DNA from: Octopus vulgaris | Taxonomy: Eukaryota | Reading direction: 5' to 3' | NCBI GenBank assembly: GCA_951406725.2 | Contig: OX597815.1 | Span: 108,438,001-108,502,000, forward strand | DNA length: 64,000 bases | Shown: piece after piece, positions 11,221 through 24,271 of the stretch | Layout: every line of letters starts with the position of its first letter | How positions within the stretch are numbered: position 1 is the stretch's first letter | Notes under the pieces: generated by a model | Databases searched by the model: none | Seen by the model: only the letters and a program-made list of their open reading frames with translations | Told to the model about the DNA's origin: nothing | Program-made: the position numbers and the translations under genes

Positions 11221-12159
11221 AAGAGTACACAAGCTAATTTCATTAAACATGGCAATTCGTCACCCACATTTTCAACCTTCATCAGCCCTCTCATGGTTGG
11301 CCTAGCTCTCCTTTGAGAAATACATCATTACCTAGTTTGTCTTTTTCTTTAAGATAAACAGTTTCAGATAACAGTATGCAGCTACATCACCAATGGCAAC
11401 AGTAACAAGAACAGAATATAATAACAGCAGCAACAACGGTAATCATTATTATAATTTTTCTGAAATTTGTCCATCTGTAATGTAACTTCTCATTTGGTTT
11501 GTAACTCATCCCTTCTCTCTCCCTCTGCATATATGTATATATATATGTATGTATACAATACTGTCATCAAAGCCAGAACAAAATTAAGAATCCTTATTCT
11601 GTCCAAATCTTTCTCTTTCTCTCTGTCTCTGTCTGTCTGTCTTTCTCTCTCTGTATGTATAATGTCACATGTATATACACACTCAATCACATATATATGA
11701 ATAAATATGAATATGACAACAGTATTGTCTGTCTGTATCTCTGCAGTGTGTATGTACACAAACAAATATTTCTCAACAAGATTGTTAAAGGCATTTAATT
11801 AACTTATTACAATACAGCTATTGAAAATAAGAAATTTCTTATTTTCAAAAGTGTTAACTTTATAACTTAATTAAATATTTTTAACGATTGCGTTAAGAAA
11901 TTTATGTGTTTATCTGTGTGCACATATTTGTGCATTCTGAGAAATTGACAGAGAGATAATACTGTTGTCATATTCATAATAATATATCTTGTGTATGCGT
12001 ATATGTGTGTGTTATCACATAGAGAAAGACGAAGAGTAAGAGAGAGGAAAGACAATGGATAGACAAAAAGAATGAAGATTCATATTTTTCTTTCCAATGT
12101 TGTAATAAACTATTTCTTAGACCTACCTACATACATACCTACCAACCTCCTCACTAATC

Positions 12160-12161
12160 AG

Positions 12162-12214
<53 letters not shown>

Positions 12215-12298
12215 TTCTATTTATCTATTTATCTATCTATCTATCTTATCTATCTATCTATCTATCTATCTATTTATCTATTTATCTATCTATCTATC

Positions 12299-12381
<83 letters not shown>

Positions 12382-12390
12382 ATTATCTAT
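12160..12390. repeat. (TCTA)n microsatellite
   Basis: Directly visible. Confidence 0.95.
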
Positions 12391-13195
12391 CACTATTTCT
12401 ACCTCGAGCTCTTATCCAATACCCAAGTAACCTAGACAACTTACAGGCATTGTCCACCTTGATTTCCGCCATTCAATCATTTCAGAAAAGTATTTGAATT
12501 ATTATTTTCTTGCTGTCATTTTTATATTCCTCTGCTGCTTCATGAATTAAATTCACTCTTTAGAGACAATACATCAGAAGATGACAATGTGCTCTATGGA
12601 AGTAGATGATATTAAAAACTTATACGTATTTGTTCCACTGAATATTTCTTTCATTTCAATACTGCTTAACCTTCTTTTTATTATTTCTTTCTTCTTAGAT
12701 ATAGACATTTTAGTGAAACAAACTACTACTTGTTCCAGGCACAAAACAATGGTTCATGCACAAGTAATTATCATTTTTAACAGAAGCACAGGAAAGAATT
12801 TAGTGAGCAGAGTTAATCAACTAAATTGACCTCCGTCCTTAACTGGTACTTTATTTTAGCAGAGTGGGATGCAAAGAGTAGTGACCAAATACTGCTTTGG
12901 TATTCTGTCAGATGCTCTCATTGTTTTGCTCATAAGTAAGTTCAGTGGAGGTTGACTTTAGCTGAAGGACCACAGCTGTAGTAACAACAACAACAGCAGC
13001 AGCAGCAGCAGCAGTAGCAGCAGCAAGAGCTGTATTGTGTACAAAATAGACTCAGTTAAATCACATCAGTTATAGATGATTGATATTGGAGTTACAGGGT
13101 GAGTATGGACGGTCATGGAGATGGATGTGGAAAATATATTCAGTGATGGTGGCAGGCAGAGCTAAGCAGCAATAGAAGTGCTTAGTGATGCCTGT

Positions 13196-13196
13196 G

Positions 13197-13257
<61 letters not shown>

Positions 13258-13290
13258 CAGCAGCAGCAGTAGCAGCAGCAGCAGTGGCAG
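13196..13290. repeat. (TAG)n(CAG)n microsatellite
   Basis: Directly visible. Confidence 0.95.
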
Positions 13291-13847
13291 CATTCTGGGT
13301 TATTATCTATATGGAAAAGCAGACAAGTACCAATTTAGCAATTTAGATCCTTTTCTCTATATTGAAAATAGAAATTCTGACAGTAACATATCCATCCATC
13401 CATCCATCTATCAATCAATCAATCAATCAATTTCCATCCATCCATCCATCATCTATCTATCCATCCATCATCCATCTATCCATCTATTTATTTATATTCT
13501 ACCTCTCCATCCATCTCTCTCTTTCTGTGTCTACCTATCTGTCGGTCTGTCTGCTTGTTCACCTTTCAGCCTGTGCTTCTGCCTTCCTGTATGCTTGAAT
13601 TTCTGTTCACTCATCTGTCTTTATGGCTACTTTTTACTCTTTCCTATTTTGCAAACTTTATTCATCAATAGTCATACCATTCTGAGAATGGTAGTGCATA
13701 TCTTTTTAGCAACAGCACCTTACTATTGGAAGATAGTCTTTTAATGACATTTTGAGTATCTTCCACTTAATAGAGAACTGGACCTATTATCCAGCTTCCA
13801 GAAATTTGGAGATATGTGCAGTATTATGTAATATACTGTACCCTGTA

Positions 13848-14061
13848 AGGTGGCGAGCTGGCAGAAATGTAAACATGCTGGGCAAAATGCTTAGCAGTAT
13901 TTCGTCTGTCTTTATGTTCTGAGTTCAAATTCTGCCAAGGTCGACTTTGCTTTGCATCTTTTCAGGGTTGATAAGCTAAGTGCCAGTTGTATACTGGGGT
14001 GGATCTAATGGACTACCCCACCTCCCCAAAAATTTGGGGCCTTGTGCCTCGAGTAGAAAAG
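13848..14061 (+). mobile_element. SINE family B, full length, with 18-bp target-site duplication
   Basis: Head ggcgagctggcagaa, B-box-like gagttcaaattc; aatatactgtaccctgta at 13830-13847 and 14062-14079. Confidence 0.88.
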
Positions 14062-14701
14062 AATATACTGTACCCTGTATTGAGTAAACAAACCCTGCGT
14101 CTGAAGTTGGTTAATTTGCATACAATGTATTAAGAATAATTTTGCACTTTACTTTATAAGTGAACTGATAATGATTAAACATACTCTGCTTTAGAATTGT
14201 ATTAATTTGTACCATTATCTGTCAAATAAAATCATGTTCTTTACATTTCTTCATTTAATTTCCGTCCTATAAATTGTAAACATGGTACAGTATGAATTTT
14301 AAGTGGATTAATAAATATAAAGCAGTTTCAGCTTTTGAAGCCTATTAATTTGAATTTGTTAATTATAATTTAGTTCTTTACTTTTCATAGTTTATCTTAT
14401 ATTTTAAGTATATGTCCAGAAAACTAGAAAATCTAGAAATCCAGTACACTTGTAGTCCCAAGCTTACTGAATAATTGACTTGGTACAGAATATAGCTCAC
14501 TTGGAGCACTACAACTCCAATCTGTATTTTATTTACGAATATTGTTAATATTGGCATTTGACATTGTTTAATATTTGGAATTTTTATATCAGTTTTATAA
14601 ATGCAGAAGAATATATATATATATATATTTGATTTTGTGTGTGGTTATTAATTATGTTCCACTAGTTTTCACTTGCATTGCCTCCATTCAGATTATTAAA
14701 T

Positions 14702-14737
<36 letters not shown>

Positions 14738-14740
<3 letters not shown>

Positions 14741-14990
14741 GCACCATTTGAGCATTGGGCCTCATGGAGGGAATATGGCAGATGCCAGTGTCATGTAACT
14801 GGCACCTATGCCGGTAGCATGTAAAAGCACCCATTACACTCTCAAAGTGGTTGGTGTTAGGAAGGGAATCTAGCCATAGAAACCATGCCAAACCAGAATG
14901 GAGTCTGGAGCAGCCCTTCAGCTTACCAGCCCTGGTCAAACCATCCAACCCATGTCAGTATAGACAATAGACGTTAAATGATGATGTTGA
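14738..14990 (+). mobile_element. RTE-type 3' UTR fragment
   Basis: Family motifs and gacgttaaatgatgat tail. Confidence 0.75.
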
Positions 14991-15269
14991 TACACACACA
15001 CATAATATGTAATATAACATCCCCTTCATCCCCTGTATATCACTTATACTCCCCCACACACTGTTCCCTGTGAGATGACCCTCCCTTTGACTGTCTCCAT
15101 GTTTCTCTTTCTCTTGCATTTTCCTCTGCTCCCTTGTCTCACTGGAGTAACCAAGTATCTCTTCTGTTGTAAGCTATCCCTGTCCCTCTATCCTACACCA
15201 ACCTCTCGCCTGTCATACGGTCATTTCTCTCCCTTTCCCAGCTGAGATGTCCTTGTCTTACAAGCTATT

Positions 15270-16170
15270 TGGTCACCCCACAGGTGCTGGTGTCATGTAA
15301 AAAGCATCTGTACCAGTACTATGTAATGGTGCACACATGTTGATACCATGTAAAAAAAAGCACCTGTGCTGTTGCCTGCTAAAAAGCACCCACACTAGTA
15401 CCATGTAACAAGCACATGTACCGATGCCATGAGAATAGTGTGCACATAATGGTGCCACATAAAAAAAAGCACCCAAGCACCCATGCTGGGATCACATAAA
15501 AGAGCATCTGTGCCAACACCATGTAAAATAATACCCATGCCAGTGCCATGTAAAAGAGTACCGGTGTTGGCATCATGTAAAATTCACACAGTACACTCTG
15601 TAAAGTGCTTCATATTAGAAAGGGTCTGCAGTCATAGAAACCATGCCAAAACGGATAACTGGAACCTGGTGCAATCCTTCAGTTTGCCGGCTCCTATCAA
15701 ACCGTTTGACCCATGCCAGCACGGAAAATGGATTTTAAAGGATGATGATGATATTTATATATTTATATACATACACACACACAAAGAATATGCATACCAG
15801 TATGTGTCCTAGTAAGGCAATCATTGCCAGCGTTGCCTTACCAGCACATGTGCTGGTGGCATATGAAAAACAACATTCAAGTGTGGTCATTGCCAGTGCC
15901 GCCAAACTGGCTCCCTCCGTGCAAGTAGCATGTAAAAAACACCTTTTGAGTGTAGTCGTTGCCAGAACTGCCTGACTGGCCCTCATACTGGTGGTATGTA
16001 AAAGCACCCACTACACTCTCGGAGGGGTTGGCATTAGGAAGGGCATCCAGCTGTAGAAACTTTGCCAGATCAGATTGAGCCTGGTGCAGCCTCTGGCTCA
16101 CCAGTCCTCAGTCAAACTGTCCAACCCCTGCCAGCATGGAAAGCGGATGTTAAACAACGATGATGATGAT
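15270..16170 (+). mobile_element. Two RTE-type 3' UTR fragments with tandem sub-repeats
   Basis: Tails ending at about 15752 and 16170; repeated gcca..catgtaaaaa.cacc units. Confidence 0.7.
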
Positions 16171-16202
16171 TGTGGTGTTAAGCAATCATTTTCTCGTTTG
16201 AC

Positions 16203-16258
<56 letters not shown>

Positions 16259-16499
16259 ACACATACACACACATATATATGTATGTATGCGTTTCGTTTT
16301 TGTACTAAATTGGAAATACACATAGAAGGTAGAGATACCCCAATACCACAGATTCACCACACACATGCATACACATAAAGACATATGCACACATGCATGC
16401 ATAACAGGTGTATGTGCATACTCACACAAACTCATACACATAGATATACAAACACACACACAAGGAAGTAGAGGTAGACAAGCAAACACATGAATATGC

Positions 16500-16745
16500 A
16501 GAATACATACATACACGCACCTATACATACATGCACCTATACATACATGCACCTATACATACATACATACATACATACACACACATACATACATGCATAC
16601 ATGCATACATACATACATACATACACACACATATATACATACATACATGCATACATACATACATACATGCATACATACATACATACATACATACATACAT
16701 ACACACACATATATACATACATACATACATACATACATGCATACA

Positions 16746-16776
<31 letters not shown>

Positions 16777-16790
16777 GTACATACATACAC
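16500..16790. repeat. (CATA)n microsatellite
   Basis: Directly visible; it produces the HTYI/MYVC ORFs. Confidence 0.95.
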
Positions 16791-17081
16791 AAGCACATGC
16801 ACATACTGGCACACACCCACATGCAACAAGATCTGAAGCAGACAAATATGGCCTGTATAATGAACTGAGTCAATAGTCATTGTAAAGGTTACAAGTAGCA
16901 ACAAATGAGCTTTGACAAACAAAAACAAGACAAATTAAGCAATCGATTAGTTAGCTGGATATGTAACCAATTGACTAATAATAAAGGAGTGGAACTGAAC
17001 CAGTGTGTGTGTGTTAATTATATTGGCATAATAACTCTCCCTAGACTCAACAATGTATATATATATATATATATATATATA

Positions 17082-17699
17082 AATACAAAAAATGAGACAA
17101 GAACGCAAAACATCCAGACAGTTAGATGATACAAAAAAGGGACAAGAAAAGACAAGGATGAGTCATTCGGAGTTTTCTTTCTTCAGTCGAGTTCCAGATT
17201 ATCTTTGCAATTTCGGCTTGGTTATACTCGAGGTTGCACCAATCTGGCCAGTCCCAAGGAAAAACTAAGCTAAGAGCCCTAGATACCTTGGAAGAAAGCA
17301 GCATATGTATACAAAAACAAGGACGGAAAAAACCCCGAGAAATGGTACACAAATACAAATGCAAATAACAGGACATTAACAACAGGTGTCTTTCAACTAA
17401 GGACGAATTAAATTAAGCTGGCATGTATGGAACTGAAGCCTTATGGCAGGGACATAAGAGAAGACAGGCATGGGGAGGAATTCACTGCTTTCTTCCAAAG
17501 AATCTAGTGCTCTTAGCTTAGTTTTTCTTTGGGGCTGGCCAGATTGGAGCAATCTCGAGTACAACCAGCCAAAATTGCAAAGATAATCTGGAACTCGACT
17601 GAAGAAGGAAAACTCCAAATGACCCATCCTTGTCTGTTCTTGTCCCTCTTTTTAATCATCTATCTGGATGTTTTGCATTCTTGTCCCATTTTTTGTATT
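17082..17699. mobile_element. Inverted-repeat cassette (~215-bp arms), probable Penelope-like terminus
   Basis: 17082-17301 is the reverse complement of 17485-17699; starts immediately after (TA)n; contains ctgaaga aggaaaactcc (g/a)aatg. Confidence 0.6.
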
Positions 17700-18282
17700 C
17701 CTTTTTATATACATATGGTGGCGTATGTACACTTTGGTCTTTTATATGTAAGTACATATATATATAGATATATATCTATATATATATAAAGAGAGAGGGA
17801 GAGAGAGGAGTAAGCACGTATTAGATACAAATGGATGCAAAAACACATATATGCACACACATACTTTGCTTTTAAAAATATTATTTAATCAACAAAGTTC
17901 CATGAGGAAAGTTATTTGAGTGATCTCATTTGTTTAAAGTTTAAACATTTAGAGCATTCCCATGTGAGCCAGAAATGAAATGATAAATGTGACCTGGAAA
18001 CAGTCATTTTTTCACATTGCTCATAAGGTTATTTATAAAGCAACATGAAGATAAGTCTTTCCTTCATAAGTTTCGTAAAATGGAAATATATTCAAACAGC
18101 AGATATATCGAGGGAAAACAGGAACTGGATTACTCAATTATCAGAAATGTCTAACATGTACTGAAATTGCAAGCACTTCACTGATAATGTATTTAAAAGT
18201 ACTTTACACTTAGATATTGAGTACTGTACTTTAATGCTTCATGATGAATCAAGAGATACATATATGCTTATATATGTATATA

Positions 18283-18576
18283 TCATCAACATCATCATCA
18301 TCATCATCATTTAATGTCCGTTGTCCATGCTGGCATGGGTTGGACAATTTGACTGGGCTGGCATGCTGGAAGGCTGCGCCAGGATCCAGTTTGATTTGGT
18401 ATGGTTTTCTACGACTGGATGTCCTTCCTAACACCAACCACTCCAAGAGTGTAACAGGTGCTTTTACGTGACACTGGTGTGGGTGCCATTTGCATGATAC
18501 CTGTTACTGCCAAGACTGAGATTTTGCTCAGCTTGATGGGTCTTCTCAATCATGGCATAATGCCAAAGGTCTTGGT

Positions 18577-18580
<4 letters not shown>
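18283..18580 (-). mobile_element. RTE-type 3' UTR fragment
   Basis: (CAT)n ttaatgtccgttgtccatgctggcatggg; close to 19775-19945. Confidence 0.75.
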
Positions 18581-18620
<40 letters not shown>

Positions 18621-18625
<5 letters not shown>

Positions 18626-18800
18626 TAATCTAAACAAGAAAGCACAAAAAAACAACAACGCGAGGACGTGGAACAAATATAGTATTATTGGACGCTCAGG
18701 AAAGAAGGAAAGAAGGAGAGTTTAACGTTTCGAGCAGAGCTCTTCGTCGGAAACATAGGAGAAGGAAAGATCCAGAGAAGGGAAGACAGAGGAAAAAAAT
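18621..18800 (-). mobile_element. Penelope-like terminal fragment abutting (TA)n
   Basis: Homologous to 39780-39975 in the opposite orientation; carries a hammerhead-like motif. Confidence 0.6.
18720..18754 (-). ncRNA. Minimal hammerhead-like motif (C4 variant)
   Basis: Reverse complement reads gttt CCGACGA a gagc tct gctc GAAA cg TT aaac, with palindromic aacgtt. Confidence 0.55.
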
Positions 18801-18802
18801 AT

Positions 18803-18861
<59 letters not shown>

Positions 18862-18899
18862 TATACTTTATTTAAAAGCAACAGAAAATTCAACAAAAC

Positions 18900-18937
18900 C
18901 TGTTACTCTGAGTTTCACGTTCCTGTTCATCGGACAG
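18900..18937 (-). ncRNA. Minimal type I hammerhead motif (C4 variant)
   Basis: Reverse complement reads ctgt CCGATGA ac aggaac gt GAAA ctc a gag TA acag; stem I extends with aaaa/tttt. Confidence 0.65.
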
Positions 18938-19024
18938 TTTTTGCTAGAATAGAACCGATATGTCAATTCTATCAATTATATATACATATATATATATATA
19001 TACATATATACATATATACATATA

Positions 19025-19722
19025 TAGACATCAGATGTGGTGTGCAAGAGAGACGACTGTACAGGTATGTGAAGAAGTGTTGCTCTCTGATGGTGGAGGG
19101 AACCTGTGGAAGAGATATACTCAGGAAGATATAGGACAAGGTGGTGAAGCATGATCTTTGAATGTTGGGCCTCACAGAGACAATGACTAGTGACTGAGAA
19201 CTTCAGAGAGATGCCGAGCTTGAGAAGATCTGTTAAGGCAAGTGAAATCATAGTCATGGCTGATACCGGTGTCATGTAACTGGTACCTGTGCTGGTGGCA
19301 TGTAAGAAGCACCTTTCAATCACATTAGGTCTCATGGAGGCAATGTGGCCAATGCTGATGTCATGTAAATAGCACCTGTGCCGGTAGCACATAAAAGCAT
19401 CTACTACACTCTTGGAGTGTTTGGCATTAGGAATGGCATCCTGTTATAGAAACCTTGCCGAATCAGATCGGAGCCTGATTAGCACACCGATGCCATTCAA
19501 GTATGGTTAATGCCAGTGCTGCCTGACTGGCTCCTGTGCCAGTGGGATCTAAAAGCACCCACTACACCCTCAGAGTGGTTGGTGTTAGGAAGGGCATTCA
19601 GCTGTAGAAACCTTGCCAAATCAGATTGGAGCCTGGTGCAACCTCCTAGCTTGCCAGTTCTCAGTCAAACCATCCAACCCATGCCAGCATGGAAAGTGGA
19701 TGATGATGAGGATGATAATGAT
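19025..19722 (+). mobile_element. RTE LINE 3' end (ORF C-terminus, repeat-containing 3' UTR, (GAT)n tail)
   Basis: IRCGVQERRL...VKKCCSLMVEGTCGR matches the 3' part of the RTE at 5945-6030 and runs into the abundant 3' UTR family. Confidence 0.8.
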
Positions 19723-19774
19723 GACATATATCTATATGTACATATATATATATGTGCATATATACAAATATATC

Positions 19775-19945
19775 ATCATCATCATTTAATGTCCATTGTC
19801 CATATTGGCGTGAGTTGGATGGTTTGACTGGGCTGGCATGCTGGAAGGCTGCGCCAGACTCCAGTCTGATTTGGCATGGTTTTCTATGGCTGGTTGCCCT
19901 TCCTAATGCCAACCACTCCAAGAGTGTAATGAGTGCTTTCATGTG
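19775..19945 (-). mobile_element. RTE-type 3' tail fragment, abutting the CR1-like LINE
   Basis: Close match to 18290-18470. Confidence 0.75.
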
Positions 19946-21497
19946 CAAACGAGCCCTTGCAAAACCGCTACAGCTTCTTTTTCAGAGCTTTCTTGCAAGT
20001 AGTAAGCTCCCAGTCAAATTGAAAGAAGGGGTAATATGCCCTATCAATAAGGGAGGAAGCAGAGCAGATGCTAAAAATTATAGGCCTATCTCTCTGACCT
20101 CACAGATCAGCAAAGTCATGGAACGAATAGTCCGTAAGAAACTAATCATGTTCCTTGAAGAAAATGACTTGCTGACTGACACCCAGCATGAATTTCGACC
20201 AGGTAGAAGCTGCCTAACACAGCTCCTGCAACACTATGACTGGGTGTTAAAACAGCTACTAAATGGCTCAAATGTATGGTCTGTCACAAACCGCATGGTA
20301 TTGGCATAGGCGGAAAACTTGGAGAGTGGCTGCACAACTTCCTAAAAGATGGAAGGCAGGCAGTTGTGGCCAATGGAGCCACCACCAAGGAAACACAAAT
20401 AACAAGTGGCGCTCCACAGGGTACTGTCTTGGGGGCCACTGCTGTTCATAGTGGCCCTTTCAGACATGGCTTCAGATACTAAGATGGCCACCCTTGCTAG
20501 CTATGCAGATGAGACAAAAGTCTCCTACACAATACAAAACCCTGGAAATAATGAACAATTTGTAACGGGAGTTGGATACAATATACAGGTGGGCTGAGGA
20601 CAACAACATGCAGTTTAATGCAGGAAATTTCCAGGCCCTACGCTACCAGCACACAAAGGTAAACGACATGCAGACTGGATACACTGGCCCGGGAAGAATT
20701 GTAATTCCCTAGTCAAAATCAGTGCGTGACCTGGGCATTGACATGAGCAATGATGCATCTTTCCAAGTGCATATTACTAATTTGGTGATAAAACGCAGAT
20801 GGCTAGCTGGATGGATTCTCTGAACTTTCAGAACAAGAGAGAAGGAGACACTGATGGTCCTTTGGAAAACATTCATCCTCAGCCGCTTGGACTACTGCTC
20901 CCAACTATGGTCACCACACAATATAAAGCTAACAGCAGAACTCGAAGCAATCCAACGAAGCTAAACTAAGAAGATCGTCTCAATACAACATATCAGCTAC
21001 TGGTAAAGACTGAAAGTATTAAAACTCTTCTCCCTGGAGTGAAGGCAGGAGAGATATGCAATGATATACATCTGGAAAATCCTGGAGTGTCTTGTCCCAA
21101 ACTTTGGCATTCAAAGTTACCCCAACCGCAGAACAGGGCGCCACTGCATGGTGCTAAAGATTCCAACATCGCCATCAAAATACAGGACCAGATACTGCAA
21201 CAGCTTGGGTTTCAGAGGACTACAGCTCTTCAACATCCTCCCTAAATGCCTGAGAGACCTGAATGGTGTAGATGTGGGTTCCTTTAAAACTAAACTGGTT
21301 CTCTTCTTGTCGGGGGTCCCAGATGAACCTACCTCTCGGCAGGAAACACAGATGCAGGCAGCGGCATCGAACTCCCTTGTTGATCAAGTGCCATATATCA
21401 GAGGTGGTTTCACATACTAGTGTAGTTCATTCAATGGTGGTGCCCCAGCATGGCCGCAGCCTTCGGGCTGAAACATTTTTAAGGATTTAAGGATTTA
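19941..21497 (+). pseudogene. 5'-truncated CR1/L2-group LINE ORF2 (reverse transcriptase) with 3' tail
   Basis: KPLQLLFQSFL, KGGSRADAKNYRPISLTS, QHEFRPGRSCLTQLL, SGAPQGTVLG, YADETK, RDLGI, SRLDYCSQLWSP; stops and frameshifts; ends in a stem-loop plus (ttaagga) repeats. Confidence 0.88.
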
Positions 21498-22067
21498 TTA
21501 TATACACACACACACATATATATATATAAATACATGTATATGTATATATGCATGTATGTATGTGTAGATATATATATATATTATTATTATTATTATGATT
21601 ATTATTATCTTCCATAACTTTTAACGTTCTATATAAATACTGACTTTGTGCTCTTGAAATGTTACATTGAAACTTTAATATTTAACGAAGACTACTTTCA
21701 CCTGAGGTTATAGCTTAATTTCTGCATTGTCTTTAAAAAGTTTTGGTATTAATGCAGACATGTAAGTACATTATCTATTCTTAAATATGATGCAATAAAT
21801 TACCTTTAGATGCTTTAAGCTACGAAACAATTTGTCATGATATATGAATTTTCTTATAGTTAAATAAATTTTCATCATACTATTTCTCTCGCCATTTTTT
21901 ACTTTATACACTCTTAACCATTTTCTCTCGTATACAATATATTCAATATATTCAATATGCTTTGTAGAATGATACATTAAGGAGCTTTTTTTATGAGTAC
22001 TACTAGATTAAAATTATTTGATCCCATGTATTGTAACTTAAATATATATGTGTATATACATACATAC

Positions 22068-22136
<69 letters not shown>

Positions 22137-22138
<2 letters not shown>

Positions 22139-22301
22139 CACAGGAGTGGCTGTGTGGTAAGTAGCTTGGTTACCAGCCACATGGTTCTGGGTTCAGTCCC
22201 ACTGCGTGGCACCTTGGGCAAGTGTCTTCTACTATAGCCTCGGGCTGACCAAAGCCTTGTGAGTGGATTTGGTAGACAGAAACTGAAAGAAGCTTGTTGT
22301 A

Positions 22302-22389
<88 letters not shown>

Positions 22390-22612
22390 TTTGTGTGTCT
22401 TTGTGTGTCTGTGTTTGTCCCCTCAACATCACTTGACAACCGATGGTGGCATGTTTACATTCCCGTAACTTAGTTCAGCAAAAGCAACCGATAGAATAAG
22501 TACTAGGCTTACAAAGAATAAGTCCTGAGTTCGATTTGCTCGACTAAAGGCGGTGCTCCAGCATGGCTGCAGTCAAATGACTGAAACAAGTAAAAGAGAG
22601 TAAAAAGAGAGT
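22137..22612 (+). mobile_element. tRNA-derived SINE family A, full length
   Basis: A-box-like tggctgtgtgg, B-box-like ggttcagtccc, internal (TA)n(TG)n, CR1-like 3' tail, (gtaaaaga) repeats. Confidence 0.88.
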
Positions 22613-22634
22613 AATATATGTATACGCACACGCA

Positions 22635-22686
<52 letters not shown>

Positions 22687-23107
22687 ACACACACATATAT
22701 ATAGGTAGTGATAGAAAATAAATGTCCAACCATACTCTTTCTTGTTGACTCCGAATATTTTCAATTAACAATTCACACATGACAGACACCCAAACACAAA
22801 CCTGGAAGTATGTATAATATTACTCCTGGATAGTAACATGATCTTTATATTGTACTGCTTTCTTAACAGGATGCACTAAACCATATATGTTTGTGTGTAT
22901 GCGTGTGCATGTGTGTGGTACAAAAATTAAAAAAAGCATGAAGATGAGGTAAAAAAAAATAAAGAAAAAAGGATGTATTAGGTTGAGGCTCAGGAAAATT
23001 GGAAGAAGACTGTAAAAATTTCAGGCAGATGCACTTTTGCAGAAAGAATTGATGATGAAGTGTAAAAAAACAAACCTGTTTCACTTAGACTGTATACGTA
23101 TGCATAT

Positions 23108-23341
23108 ATGATGATGGTGATGTTTTTGATGATGATGATGATGATCATCATCATCATCATCATCAACATCATCATCATCATCAGCAGCAGCAGCAGCAGC
23201 ATCATCATCATCATCATCATCATCACCACCACCATCACCATCGTCACAGCCGCTGCCACCACCACCACCACCACCAACACAGCTGCTGCTGCCTCCACCA
23301 CCACCGCCATTACCATCACCATCATCATCATCACCATCACC

Positions 23342-23374
<33 letters not shown>

Positions 23375-23400
23375 CTCATCATCATCATCATCATCATCGT
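23108..23400. repeat. (GAT)/(CAT)/(CAC)/(CAG) trinucleotide block
   Basis: Directly visible. Confidence 0.95.
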
Positions 23401-23839
23401 TTAACATCACTTTCTCCATGCTGGCACAAGTTGGACGTTTTGACAAGAACAGACAAGCCAGAGAGCTCTCCTCCAGCTTCTCTGTCTGCTTTCACCATGG
23501 TCTCTACATCTCGATGCCCCTCCTATCTAATCAAATTGACAGAAGTGTTAGAACATAAGATAGGATGCATTGAGTTATTCGTTCTGACTCATTGCATTCT
23601 GATTTGAAATCTCGTCTATGTCTCTTTGTCAATTTCGACCTGACAAAAGTGGTGATAAGCTTGGGAAATCCTTAAACAAGTTCACAAATATTTCAGCTGA
23701 TTACTTGAAATATTGGTATTTAAGCTAAAAAGAGAGAAATGCATATAGATCTTGAAGCTCTGTATAATGAATGAACTCCAAATAATGCACACACACATGC
23801 ACACATACAGGCTTCACACATACAGACACTTGCTCATAC

Positions 23840-23868
23840 TCACACACATGCACAAATGCAGTTTTTCA

Positions 23869-23901
<33 letters not shown>

Positions 23902-24015
23902 AAATGCATTCCCTCTCTCTCTCTCTCACACACATAAATACATTTTCCCTCTCTCTTTCACACACACACACACACACAAATGCATTCTCTCTCTCTCTCT
24001 CACATACAAATGCAT

Positions 24016-24048
<33 letters not shown>

Positions 24049-24142
24049 AAATGCATTCCCTCTTTCTCTCTCTCTCTCTCACACACACACGCACAAATTC
24101 ATTCCCTCTTTCTCTCTCTCACACACACACACACAAATGCAT

Positions 24143-24173
<31 letters not shown>

Positions 24174-24214
24174 AATGGATTCTCTCTCTCTCTCACACAC
24201 ACACACACAAATGG

Positions 24215-24271
<57 letters not shown>

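Noticed and set aside
16490-16928. Stack of HTYI/MYVC ORFs (also at 45481-46591)
   Set aside because: (CATA)n microsatellite lacking stop codons
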